From an uncultured Lachnospiraceae bacterium (lineage in GTDB: Bacteria > Bacillota > Clostridia > Lachnospirales > Lachnospiraceae): a stretch of 32,311 nt of DNA. Within the stretch, counting starts at the first letter, position 1. Every line of letters begins with the position of its first letter. Under the pieces are notes generated by a model. It made no database searches. It had not been told where the DNA came from and saw nothing but the letters and a program-made list of their open reading frames with translations. Position numbers and translations under genes: made by a program. The stretch spans positions 1-32,311 of the forward strand of contig CADBOW010000091.1 of assembly GCA_902796375.1 (NCBI GenBank). Direction: 5' to 3'. This document shows positions 8,603 to 17,156 of the stretch, piece by piece.

Positions 8603-9136
8603 CTATATGCCCAATGCTTCGAACATGCCCTCACGATCCATGTCGCCGGCCAGAACTCTGAGGAGCAGATCTGCGTACTGATCACAGACTGCTACGGCAT
8701 TTCCCATACAGATATCCACCTGATCCTTCAAAGCTTCCCCCGTCAGTTCCATGGGCATCGGCGTTACCAGCTTGTAAAGCAGGATACTGCCGCCACGGGT
8801 CACACCGAAGGTGCCGCAGGGCAGATAACAGTTCAGTCCGGCCATGGCCGCATAGAGTTCCCCGATATGATCTCCGGAGATATCATCCGCCACGGTAATG
8901 GATGATACAAAATGGGCCACCGCATCCTCTTCACTTCCGGGAGGCGCGAAGAAAAATTCTCCCGTGGCTCCGTCCTCGTTGTCAAAGCCCATCTCATCAA
9001 AGATCACCCTGAGGACTTCCGTATCCTTATTCTCACCCGCTTCCAAAAGCAGCGCAGGGATCAGGTCCCCCTGGAGTTCTTCCTCCACCTGCAGCATAAC
9101 ACCATGGCGTGCCTGTAATATTTTCTCTTTTTCCAT
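8603..9136 (-). CDS. Acidic YbjN / type III secretion chaperone-fold-like protein
   Basis: GGAGG RBS; 177 aa and very acidic. ELYAAMAGLNCYLPCGTFGV...LLYKLVTP...C-terminal helix DQYADLLLRVLAG matches the helix-N-x4-G-x-F-beta-beta-helix pattern of YbjN/CesT-like chaperones. Confidence 0.55.
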   Translation of the reverse strand: MEKEKILQARHGVMLQVEEELQGDLIPALLLEAGENKDTEVLRVIFDEMGFDNEDGATGEFFFAPPGSEEDAVAHFVSSITVADDISGDHIGELYAAMAGLNCYLPCGTFGVTRGGSILLYKLVTPMPMELTGEALKDQVDICMGNAVAVCDQYADLLLRVLAGDMDREGMFEALGI

Positions 9137-9174
9137 TTATGTCAACCTCCATTCAAAGGACTTTCCATGTGGCC

Positions 9175-12096
9175 CTAACGTCCCGATATCTTTCTTGCCA
9201 GCATATAGGCATCCGGCTTTCCCTTCTTCTCATCGTAGGGAAGTCCGAAGGATTTGACCAGCTGAATATACGCCTCTCTTTCATCTGCGGAAAGGTTTGA
9301 TCCCGGTTCAAACAGCTTGCACCGGATAAAGTCGGCATATTTTTTTCCGATCTGATCCGCCGCACTGGCAACATCACTGAAGCCTGCCGCAGCCAGAAGC
9401 CTCCTTCGAAGCTGTTCCTTAAAGGCTTTCTCGTCATGAATCTCCCGGTTCTCCGCCTTCATCTTCTTCAATGCATTTTCATACAGCGTATCAAACTGCA
9501 GATACTGATCGATCATATCGGTCTTGTTGTCTCCCAGCTGGGATACGTTCATGATGGAGGATCCGATGCCTGCAGCTATGGAAACCAGACCCAGGCCCGG
9601 AACGAAGAGGCCCGCCGGAGCCAGGGCACTGATCACCGTATCAATGGCTGTATATTTTGTTTTATGCTTGCTCATCTTATCGGAAAGCCGGAGCATATTC
9701 TTCTCATACCGAAGCTCTTTCTCCTTCTTCCTCTTCTCCTCCTCGGATTTCTCCGGTTCGTTGATCAGTTCGTTTTTACGTTTAAAATAAGCGGCCGCCT
9801 TCTTTGAGTTGCGGACATCCAGTAGTGCGGAAATGGTCTTCCCGGTGCCGATCATTACTGAGGTTGCCCCAAGAACAACCCCTGCCAGCTTAAGGTTCTT
9901 GGAGACCTCATAGGCCTTCTCCACATCCACCTTGCCTGCGATCTGTCCGGCGTAGTGCTGGCCGGTCTGAATGGTATTAAAGACATCCTTTCCGGTGGAT
10001 GCCACGTTCTTTACGATCTCAGCCACGGAGAGTCCGATATCTCCGGCATGCATATTCCCGGCATGCTTTGTCAGATCGTACAGGGCCGCTCCCACGGAAA
10101 CCAGCTTGGAGATCGCATTGATCCCCGCAGTGGAATAGACGCCGGCATAGAGATTTGATTTTGCAAGCTGCGTGCCGCTGAGCCCCCAGCTGACATGGCC
10201 GCCCCTGCCGATCACCTTCGCCCCCAGATTCCTGACGGCCCCTGCGCCCTTTACAGCATAATCCGCACCCATTCCTGCATTCTCTCCTACCGCACCTACA
10301 CCGGTCCCGTAAAGGGATCCGTAGAAGTTGGTATCCAGAATATTGGAATTCGGCTTATAGGCGGTATCGGTCTTCTTCTCCTGGCCGAAGGCGTCATCTG
10401 CATCGATCAGTCTCTTACGGGCCGCTTCCATCTCTCCTGCTTTCTTGTTCAGCATTTCCTTTAGAGACGCCTTTTTCTTCTTATCCTTTTCCATAGCCGT
10501 CTTTACCATCAGTTCCCTGTATTCCACACCCACAGTATAGAATCCGATGACGGCATCCTGACGGACACTCTCCAGTGCCTCAGCACCTTTATCATCCGCA
10601 CCTTTTTCTTCCTTTTTTTCCGAAAGCTCCTTCTGATCGTTGATCAGCGGTCCTTCCAGATTCTCTTTCCGTTCCTTCCATTCCGCGCTTTTCTGCTCAA
10701 GCTCGGCCGCATTTTCCAGTTCATCCTTAAATGCCCTGTTGATCTGCATGGCCTCGGTCAGTTTGTTCATGTAGACATAGGTACCGGTGAGATGCGGAAT
10801 GATCTTCAGCTTTGATGTAAGCATCTGCTTCTTGAAATTGTCAACATTCGGAAGATAGGAGTTCTGTGACTGAAAGGCATCGATCACCTCCGGACTCTTC
10901 CTCTTTCCGGTTTCGATCAGGTAGTAAATGAAGAGACGCTCCCGTTTCGTCTTACTGAAAAGCTCACTGATGATCTCCCCGTGATGGTTGCGCACGCCAA
11001 ACATGCTTCCGACTATGCCGGAGTTGTTATAGTTCCGGACAAACCATCGGTCTATCCTGTCCAGCATAAGGAGCTGACTCCTGGACAGATTCTGATCCAT
11101 TTTTTCGGCGGAAAGCTTCTTCTCCTTCTCCTTTTCGCCATACTGATCCGCCTGCCCCGTGATCATATCCTGAAGAGAATCCTGCATCCTTTCCTTCAGA
11201 TTCCCCTTCTTTTCAAAATGATCAAGGACTCTGTCTCTCAGCTTATACTCATGCCAGATATCGATCACAGCCTTGATCTCAGGATTGTATTCCTTCCCCT
11301 GCTGCTTATGACCCTCCTCGTAGGCCTTGATGTCCTCTTCAAAGGGACGGAAGAGCGCCAGCTTATCCTTGATCTTCTCCCTCTCTCTTCCTTCCTGAAA
11401 GGCAAAATGCTTCGCCCATTTCTTATAATTATCCGCAAGCAGCGCAAGACGTTTTGTATGCTTCTTGGTGCTTCGGTAGGATTCCGCATACGCTGCCTTA
11501 TCCTTCTTGAGAGGTTCTTCATCCTCTCCCCGTTTCTCCAGGTTCAGGTCTCTGGCCATGGCCAGATAGAAGGCATTCGAAAGCTCCTGCAGCTTCACTG
11601 CGGATCCCTTCCTGGACTTGCCCTTTCCCGTCATCCGGGAACCTCTGTGGAGATCATAGTAACCGTTTGCGGTCTCCGCAAGACGCATCACCGCTATAAG
11701 CGCTTCTCCGGAATCGATCTTTTCCTCCCTGGAAGCCGCATCATACAGCGTCTTCACGCGTTCGACCGCTCTCCGCAGTTGAACAAAGGAAGCATCATCC
11801 TTCTTCCCGGTCTTCAGCGCAGCATCATAGCCCTCCTCTTCCAGAGCGCGGTCAAGCTTTGTGACCGCTGTTCCGAAGACCAGAAATTGGGAACGAATAT
11901 CCCCTTCCTGCGCAAGAACATCGACTTCCACCTCCGGAGCCTGCCGAACCGCCGACTGCTCCTGCTGAAGCATTCGGGCATCGGCCTGCTGATTGAGATT
12001 CTGCATTTCCTGATCTTCGCTCTGCTGATTCATCTGCACAGGCTGTTCCAGCTGCTGCGGCTGCTGATGTAATTCTTCACCCGGTAAATCACCCAT
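9175..12096 (-). CDS. Large putative CIS cargo protein with Q/E-rich N-terminal leader and C-terminal Gly/Ala-rich hydrophobic helices (pore-former/translocator-like)
   Basis: ATG at 12096 follows AAGGAGGT; the ORF-track GTG at 12108 lies within this RBS. There is no signal peptide and the body is K/E-rich helical. Hydrophobic segments: STAGINAISKLVSVGAALY, LAGVVLGATSVMIGTG, VISALAPAGLFVPGLGLVSIAAGIGSSI. Confidence 0.6.
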   Translation of the reverse strand: MGDLPGEELHQQPQQLEQPVQMNQQSEDQEMQNLNQQADARMLQQEQSAVRQAPEVEVDVLAQEGDIRSQFLVFGTAVTKLDRALEEEGYDAALKTGKKDDASFVQLRRAVERVKTLYDAASREEKIDSGEALIAVMRLAETANGYYDLHRGSRMTGKGKSRKGSAVKLQELSNAFYLAMARDLNLEKRGEDEEPLKKDKAAYAESYRSTKKHTKRLALLADNYKKWAKHFAFQEGREREKIKDKLALFRPFEEDIKAYEEGHKQQGKEYNPEIKAVIDIWHEYKLRDRVLDHFEKKGNLKERMQDSLQDMITGQADQYGEKEKEKKLSAEKMDQNLSRSQLLMLDRIDRWFVRNYNNSGIVGSMFGVRNHHGEIISELFSKTKRERLFIYYLIETGKRKSPEVIDAFQSQNSYLPNVDNFKKQMLTSKLKIIPHLTGTYVYMNKLTEAMQINRAFKDELENAAELEQKSAEWKERKENLEGPLINDQKELSEKKEEKGADDKGAEALESVRQDAVIGFYTVGVEYRELMVKTAMEKDKKKKASLKEMLNKKAGEMEAARKRLIDADDAFGQEKKTDTAYKPNSNILDTNFYGSLYGTGVGAVGENAGMGADYAVKGAGAVRNLGAKVIGRGGHVSWGLSGTQLAKSNLYAGVYSTAGINAISKLVSVGAALYDLTKHAGNMHAGDIGLSVAEIVKNVASTGKDVFNTIQTGQHYAGQIAGKVDVEKAYEVSKNLKLAGVVLGATSVMIGTGKTISALLDVRNSKKAAAYFKRKNELINEPEKSEEEKRKKEKELRYEKNMLRLSDKMSKHKTKYTAIDTVISALAPAGLFVPGLGLVSIAAGIGSSIMNVSQLGDNKTDMIDQYLQFDTLYENALKKMKAENREIHDEKAFKEQLRRRLLAAAGFSDVASAADQIGKKYADFIRCKLFEPGSNLSADEREAYIQLVKSFGLPYDEKKGKPDAYMLARKISGR

Positions 12097-12100
12097 GGTG

Positions 12101-12796
12101 TTATTCACCTCCTTTATTCATACCCTGTCCATGAATCGGTTCCTTCTTCAGCTGATCCAGTGGGATCACACGATGTGTGGTCTGGATCCGCTCTGCGGTT
12201 TCGGGATCATGTGTTACCATGACCACCGTGGTTCCCTGCCGATGAATGATCTCCATCAGACGGAAGATCTCCTCCGAAGCTGCCGGATCCAGATTCCCGG
12301 TGGGCTCGTCAGCCAGTAAAATGGGCGGATAGTTGATCAGCGCCCGGGCCAGACACACCTTCTGTGTTTCACCCCCCGAAAGCTCCCTTGGAAATCTCCG
12401 ATAGAGATTCTCTATCTTCAGCAGCTTCAGGACGCTGGTGATCCTCTGATCGATCTGGGATTTCTTTAACCCCGTTACGGAAAGCACAAGCTCCAGATTT
12501 CCGTAGACCGAATAATCATCAAAAAGCTTTGCATCCTGATAGACCACGCCAAGTCTCCTGCGGAAGATCGGGACCTTCCGTTCCCCCACCTTCCGGAGCT
12601 CCGTTCCGTCCACCTGAATACTTCCCGTATATCCGTCCAGTTCCTTCGTCAGGAGATGGATCAGTGTTGATTTTCCGCTTCCACTCTTCCCGGTGATCAG
12701 TACAAATTCACCGCGTTCTATATGGATGCTGAAATCCTCAAAAACCGGAAGCTCCTCATTCGGATAGATCATCCCCATTTTACTGATATCGATCAC
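12101..12796 (-). CDS. FtsE-like ABC ATP-binding protein (no cognate permease in the window)
   Basis: Walker A GKSGSGKST, Q-loop RRRLGVVYQD, signature LSGGETQKV, Walker B/D-loop LLADEPTGNLD and H-switch VTHD. Its GTG start overlaps the upstream TGA (GTGA). Confidence 0.9.
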   Translation of the reverse strand: MIDISKMGMIYPNEELPVFEDFSIHIERGEFVLITGKSGSGKSTLIHLLTKELDGYTGSIQVDGTELRKVGERKVPIFRRRLGVVYQDAKLFDDYSVYGNLELVLSVTGLKKSQIDQRITSVLKLLKIENLYRRFPRELSGGETQKVCLARALINYPPILLADEPTGNLDPAASEEIFRLMEIIHRQGTTVVMVTHDPETAERIQTTHRVIPLDQLKKEPIHGQGMNKGGE

Positions 12797-15141
12797 GCCA
12801 ATCCTACCTCCGCAGCATACGGTTCAAAGTCGGCCTTGGTGAATACCTTTCCGACCTTGACAAATTCGTATTTCACAGCGTTCAGGTAATGCTTCATATG
12901 CACTTGCCCTCCCGCCTCCGGATCCGCCGCCGCAAGAAACGCCGCATTCAGGATACAGTTCTTGATATTACCACCCACAAATTCGAACTTCTCCGCCAGA
13001 AAACGGATGTCCACATCATCTGCCAGCGGGGTATCCTTCGGGATCGTTGTTCTCCAGAGCATCTCACGGGTATCCGGATCCGGGAACTGGAACTCAACGA
13101 TATATTTCATCCGCCGGAAGAATGCCGGATCGATATTGTGCTTGTAGTTCGTGGCCAGGACGGAGACTCCGTCATAGGCCTCCACCTCCTGCAGAAGCAG
13201 CGCCGTTTTATTATTGTTCGAGGACTGGTTCGAGCCCCCGTCATCGGAACGCTTTGCGAAAAGGGTATCACACTCATCAAAGAACAGGACCACATTACAT
13301 TTCTTTGCTTCCCGGAAGATCATGGAAATGGATTTCTCCGTCTCGCCCACATATTTGTCGATGACCTTCGACAGATCCACCCGGTACAACTCCAGATTCA
13401 GCTCATGTGCGATCACCTGCGCGCACATGGACTTACCGGTTCCGGGAGCACCGTAAAGCAGAATGGAAAGACCGCGCCCGTAAGGATATTTCTTTGTGTA
13501 ATGCCAGTTCTCATAAACCTGCTTCCGGAAGTTCATCTGATCGATGGCATGCTCCAGCGTCTCTCTCTGGGAGGCATTCATGACGATATCCTCAAAACCG
13601 AAATTCGCCTTGACCTTCGTGGCCTTCTGGGAAAGCTCCGAACTCATCTGATTATTGCATCCCTTGAAAAGCATGGCTCTGGAGATCTCCTTCTCCTGGG
13701 CCATGACCGAAAGGGATCTGGCATTCTTCAGCGCATCATGGATCTTCCCCGGGGTGAAGAGGAATTTCGTGGACATTTCCAGAAGATCGATCCCCTCCTC
13801 CAGCTTATAGTCCTTTCCGTAGTAATTCCAGCACTCCTGCCGCTCTCCGGTATTGGGCGTCGGCAGCTCCAGCTCCGTGAATTCATTCTTGGTGATCTGA
13901 CGGAAATCAATATACTCCTTACTCATGGAGAATACGAGAATGTTCTGCTCGTTCAGTTTCGAGAAGGCCAGATCCATATAACCGAAGAACCGCTCCTTCT
14001 CCTCCTCACGGAAGGTAAGCTCCGTCAGGCAGCAGCAGGAATTAGTCAGGATACACTCCCGGGTCACCGCCCACAGGGCCTTCTCCACATACTGGAAATC
14101 ATAGCCGAAGAGTTTCTTGCAGTTAATTGCCACGGCCTGAAGTCCGTTGTCTCTGCAGAAATGCTTCACGAAGAACCGTCTTCCGCTGCCTTCATCTCCG
14201 TAGTAATAAAAGATCCTGACACCCTCGTCATAGGAAATGTTCATCTCATCGAGGATCCCCTGATTTGCCAGGATGGGATCCAGCTCCTCATCACTGGTCA
14301 GCATATAGATGAAACGGGAATAGTCCTCATCCAGCTTGTCCGGATTCCGTCCGAACAGGCAGTCGATCACTCTTTTATCCGGTGAGACCACGGTGGAGAA
14401 GGGCATGCTTTTCATAACGCTCAGGGGCAGTACCGGAAGCAGCTGCTCCAGGCAGGTGGACATATCTCCGTAAGCACCGGTGATGGAATAGGTCTTACCG
14501 TAGAATACCTTGGCTGCCGATTCGATGGTGGGTGAGGAAAGACCTGCATTTTCATTTATGATCTGGAATACGCCGGCATAATCCGTCTGTGTGGAGGACA
14601 GGATCCCGCAGGCAAAACAGAATACCGTAAAGGGTTCAAATTTCAGTTTCCGGGTCAGGGTATAGAAGGGAAGCGGTATCCCGGCTTCCACCGTGGCCGC
14701 TGCACGTTCCTCTATAAACTCCAGCTTCTCCGTAAGCGTCATTCCCGTGTCATCCGCGGAGTGGACGGCAGCCGTCTTCTTCGGCTCATCTCTGTTCACA
14801 GAGAAAGCTCCCAGAAGAGACATCAGTTCCTCATCTACCGATTCTTCCTCCTCCTCGGCTTCTGCCTCATCCTCCGTCTCCTCGGAGCTGTCTCCGGCAT
14901 CGGCCTCATCGGCGTCGATCCCGTTATAAAACCGGTCGATCTGACTCCGGCAGGTATCTCCGGCGATCTCGATATCCGGATACAGTATACTCTTATAACC
15001 GCCCTGATCATTTGCATAGGTTGCCTTCATCACATCGATATACTGATCCAGCGCCGTATTTACACAGTGAAAGACATACTGCATATACTCGTCATAATCC
15101 TGGAACGGTTTGTCCTGTAGTTTTTTATCGTATTTCTGCAT
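12793..15141 (-). CDS. eCIS-type AAA+ ATPase (Afp15/Pvc15-like)
   Basis: C-terminal AAA domain: YGAPGTGKS, VDLSKVIDKYVGETEK, LFFDECDTLFAKR, LLQEVEAYDGVSVLATN, IDPAFFRR, GGNIKN. It is preceded by a degenerate AAA (YGDEGSGRR) and a helical N-terminal domain. This architecture and the baseplate context match eCIS ATPases. Confidence 0.88.
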   Translation of the reverse strand: MQKYDKKLQDKPFQDYDEYMQYVFHCVNTALDQYIDVMKATYANDQGGYKSILYPDIEIAGDTCRSQIDRFYNGIDADEADAGDSSEETEDEAEAEEEEESVDEELMSLLGAFSVNRDEPKKTAAVHSADDTGMTLTEKLEFIEERAAATVEAGIPLPFYTLTRKLKFEPFTVFCFACGILSSTQTDYAGVFQIINENAGLSSPTIESAAKVFYGKTYSITGAYGDMSTCLEQLLPVLPLSVMKSMPFSTVVSPDKRVIDCLFGRNPDKLDEDYSRFIYMLTSDEELDPILANQGILDEMNISYDEGVRIFYYYGDEGSGRRFFVKHFCRDNGLQAVAINCKKLFGYDFQYVEKALWAVTRECILTNSCCCLTELTFREEEKERFFGYMDLAFSKLNEQNILVFSMSKEYIDFRQITKNEFTELELPTPNTGERQECWNYYGKDYKLEEGIDLLEMSTKFLFTPGKIHDALKNARSLSVMAQEKEISRAMLFKGCNNQMSSELSQKATKVKANFGFEDIVMNASQRETLEHAIDQMNFRKQVYENWHYTKKYPYGRGLSILLYGAPGTGKSMCAQVIAHELNLELYRVDLSKVIDKYVGETEKSISMIFREAKKCNVVLFFDECDTLFAKRSDDGGSNQSSNNNKTALLLQEVEAYDGVSVLATNYKHNIDPAFFRRMKYIVEFQFPDPDTREMLWRTTIPKDTPLADDVDIRFLAEKFEFVGGNIKNCILNAAFLAAADPEAGGQVHMKHYLNAVKYEFVKVGKVFTKADFEPYAAEVGLA

Positions 15142-15222
15142 TCCACGAACTCTCCTGTCGGATTCAGTGAACTGCCCCCACCTGTACTTCGTACGGAAGT
15201 CGGGGCTTCCTGCTTCATATCA

Positions 15223-15456
15223 TCATGTATCGGTCTCCCGGATTCTGAAGATCGTTCCCTTCTCAAATACAGAGGGCGCCGTATTGATGGAGGTTTCATC
15301 CTTCTTTTCAAACACTCCCCTGTATTCATTCAGGGGCTGCTGACGCTCTCTGTTCTCATAGATCATCCAGTCCGGTTCTTCCGCATAGTAGGCATCCTGA
15401 CCTGCCGCCCGTTCATTCCTTCTCATATCTCTGAAAAGCCTGTCATCAATGTCCAT
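15223..15456 (-). CDS. Small charged hypothetical protein (77 aa)
   Basis: GAAGGAG RBS; overlaps the upstream gene by 11 nt and fills the gap in the operon. No recognisable motif. Confidence 0.55.
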   Translation of the reverse strand: MDIDDRLFRDMRRNERAAGQDAYYAEEPDWMIYENRERQQPLNEYRGVFEKKDETSINTAPSVFEKGTIFRIRETDT

Positions 15457-16195
15457 TCTGAACTCCTTCGCTCACTTGGCCGGACGCCAGTACCTGCTTA
15501 TCATATTCTTCCTTCGTCACTTCCCTGAACTGAAGGTACTGATTGTAGCAATAACCGATCTTACCGTCTGCATAGATCTTCGTCCATTGATCTTCCTTCT
15601 CGATCACTACCCCTGTCGTTTGAGGCTTCAGCTGCGTGACGGCTTTCGATCGCTTTGCTGCGGCTTCACGCATGATCAGCAGATATTTCTGATTCGTCGT
15701 TTCCACGATATAATACTTCCCGTCCGTCTGCGGAACGATGTCTGTGATATTCTCCGAGGCGGCTTCCGTCGCCTTCTCCGTAACTGCCTCCGTCGCCTTC
15801 GCCGTGACCGCCTCCGTCGCCTTCTCCGTAACTGCCTCCGTCGCCTTCGCCGTGACTGCCTCCGTTACCTTCTCCGTGACGGCTTCCGTCACCTTCTCCG
15901 TAGCAGCTTCCGTCACCTTCTCCGTGACGGCTTCCGTCGCCTTCTCCGTAACCGTATCCGTCCACTTCTCCAGGATCCGGTCCGGATCACCATCCGGATC
16001 CTCCTCCGGATCCGCTTCGGAACCCGCTTCCGGATCCGTATTCGTATCAGTCTCCTTACCGAACAGTATCTGGGCCATGTTTTTCTCTGCCAGGACCGAA
16101 TCATTCTCCTTCAGCATAAAGATCGACATAACCGCTACGATCAGATAAAAGATGGAAACCGATACTATGATAGTCCTGATCTTTTTTCTGCTCAT
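15446..16195 (-). CDS. Membrane-anchored protein with Thr/Glu/Lys/Ala repeat stalk and C-terminal SH3b domain
   Basis: N-terminal MSRKKIR plus a TM helix, an acidic linker and 8 repeats. The SH3b-like tail is LIMREAA...VTQLKPQTTGVVIEKEDQWTKIYADGKIGYCYNQYL. It has a 4-nt ATGA overlap with the upstream gene. Confidence 0.82.
   Translation of the reverse strand: MSRKKIRTIIVSVSIFYLIVAVMSIFMLKENDSVLAEKNMAQILFGKETDTNTDPEAGSEADPEEDPDGDPDRILEKWTDTVTEKATEAVTEKVTEAATEKVTEAVTEKVTEAVTAKATEAVTEKATEAVTAKATEAVTEKATEAASENITDIVPQTDGKYYIVETTNQKYLLIMREAAAKRSKAVTQLKPQTTGVVIEKEDQWTKIYADGKIGYCYNQYLQFREVTKEEYDKQVLASGQVSEGVQNGH
15761..15952 (-). repeat. Coding tandem repeat, 8 x 24 nt, encoding (V/A)T(E/A)K(A/V)TEA
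   Basis: VTEKATEA VTEKVTEA ATEKVTEA VTEKVTEA VTAKATEA VTEKATEA VTAKATEA VTEKATEA is read directly; an underlying 12-nt periodicity is visible. Confidence 0.95.
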
Positions 16196-17130
16196 ATCCT
16201 TCCTCCGGCCGGAATCTGAATATAGATTCCCATTCCGTTTCCTACGGTACTCTTTGCATAGATCGTTCCGCCATAATACTCTACAATGGCCCTGGCCTGT
16301 GCCAGACCCAGGCCGTTTCCGCTGATCCGGTTGGATCCCTGATAATTCAGCTCGAAGATATACTTCGTTTCCTCATTCGGAAGTCCCTCTCCCGTATCCT
16401 TCAGGACAATGAAAATGTCATCACCGATGGTGGAAATGGTGATCACCAGTGCTCCCGGCCGATTCATATACTTGATGGAGTTATCAATGATATTCCGGAA
16501 GAGGGTCATCAGTCTTCCCGGATCTGCAGATACCAGCAATGTATCCGTGGCAGAGGATATGGTCACATGAAGATTCGACTTCTTTGCATCTGATTGAAGG
16601 GAATCCTTCGCCTGGTTGGCGATCTCTATGATATTCACCGTCTCCCGTTCTTCCTTACCCGGCGTAAGCGGCGGAAGAAGCGCTCCCACATCTCTGGATC
16701 TCTGCTCCTTCTCCTGCTCCTTCTCCCTGATGATCTCCTGTTCCCTCTTCAGCTTCTCCTCCAGTTCCCTGATCCTGGAATGCAGAGTGGAGATTTCTTT
16801 TTTCGAAGACTCATTCTGGGAGCGAAACGAATCCATCTGTGAGCGGATCTGATCGATCAGACTCTCCCTCTTCTTCAGTCTGCCGGAAATATCACTGATC
16901 TCCTTATCCTTCTCCGCCATTTCCATCCCCACCTCCTGATGGTATGCCTTAAAGGAGATCACCTTGTCCATCTGATCCGAATAGCACACATAACAGAAGG
17001 AGAACAGGCAGAGGCTGTGCAGTGTAAAAAAGATGATTATGAACACAGGTTTCAGGAAAAACAGACTGTATATCGTTGCGATAAAGAAAACACAAGCGAA
17101 GATCAAAAAAAACTTCTGTAATTTGGACAT
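16192..17130 (-). CDS. Membrane histidine-kinase-like ATPase (HATPase_c) lacking a recognisable HisKA H-box
   Basis: Two N-terminal TM helices and a long coiled coil, then N box NIIDNSIKY, G1 DTGEGL, F box IFE and G2 GNGLGL. No HE(L/I)(R/K)xPL-type motif is present. AAGGAGG RBS. Confidence 0.85.
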   Translation of the reverse strand: MSKLQKFFLIFACVFFIATIYSLFFLKPVFIIIFFTLHSLCLFSFCYVCYSDQMDKVISFKAYHQEVGMEMAEKDKEISDISGRLKKRESLIDQIRSQMDSFRSQNESSKKEISTLHSRIRELEEKLKREQEIIREKEQEKEQRSRDVGALLPPLTPGKEERETVNIIEIANQAKDSLQSDAKKSNLHVTISSATDTLLVSADPGRLMTLFRNIIDNSIKYMNRPGALVITISTIGDDIFIVLKDTGEGLPNEETKYIFELNYQGSNRISGNGLGLAQARAIVEYYGGTIYAKSTVGNGMGIYIQIPAGGRI

Positions 17131-17156
17131 TTCGATCCGAATCCTCCTTTATGATT

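Noticed and set aside
12101-12796. Housekeeping cell-division ftsE
   Set aside because: No adjacent ftsX, divergent sequence, and embedded in the CIS operon; the gene symbol is withheld.
15761-15952. CRISPR array or non-coding repeat
   Set aside because: The units are contiguous, in-frame coding repeats with synonymous variation and no unique spacers; no cas genes are present. The same applies to 29581-30636.
16192-17130. Classical two-component sensor kinase
   Set aside because: No H-box is visible and there is no response regulator in the window.
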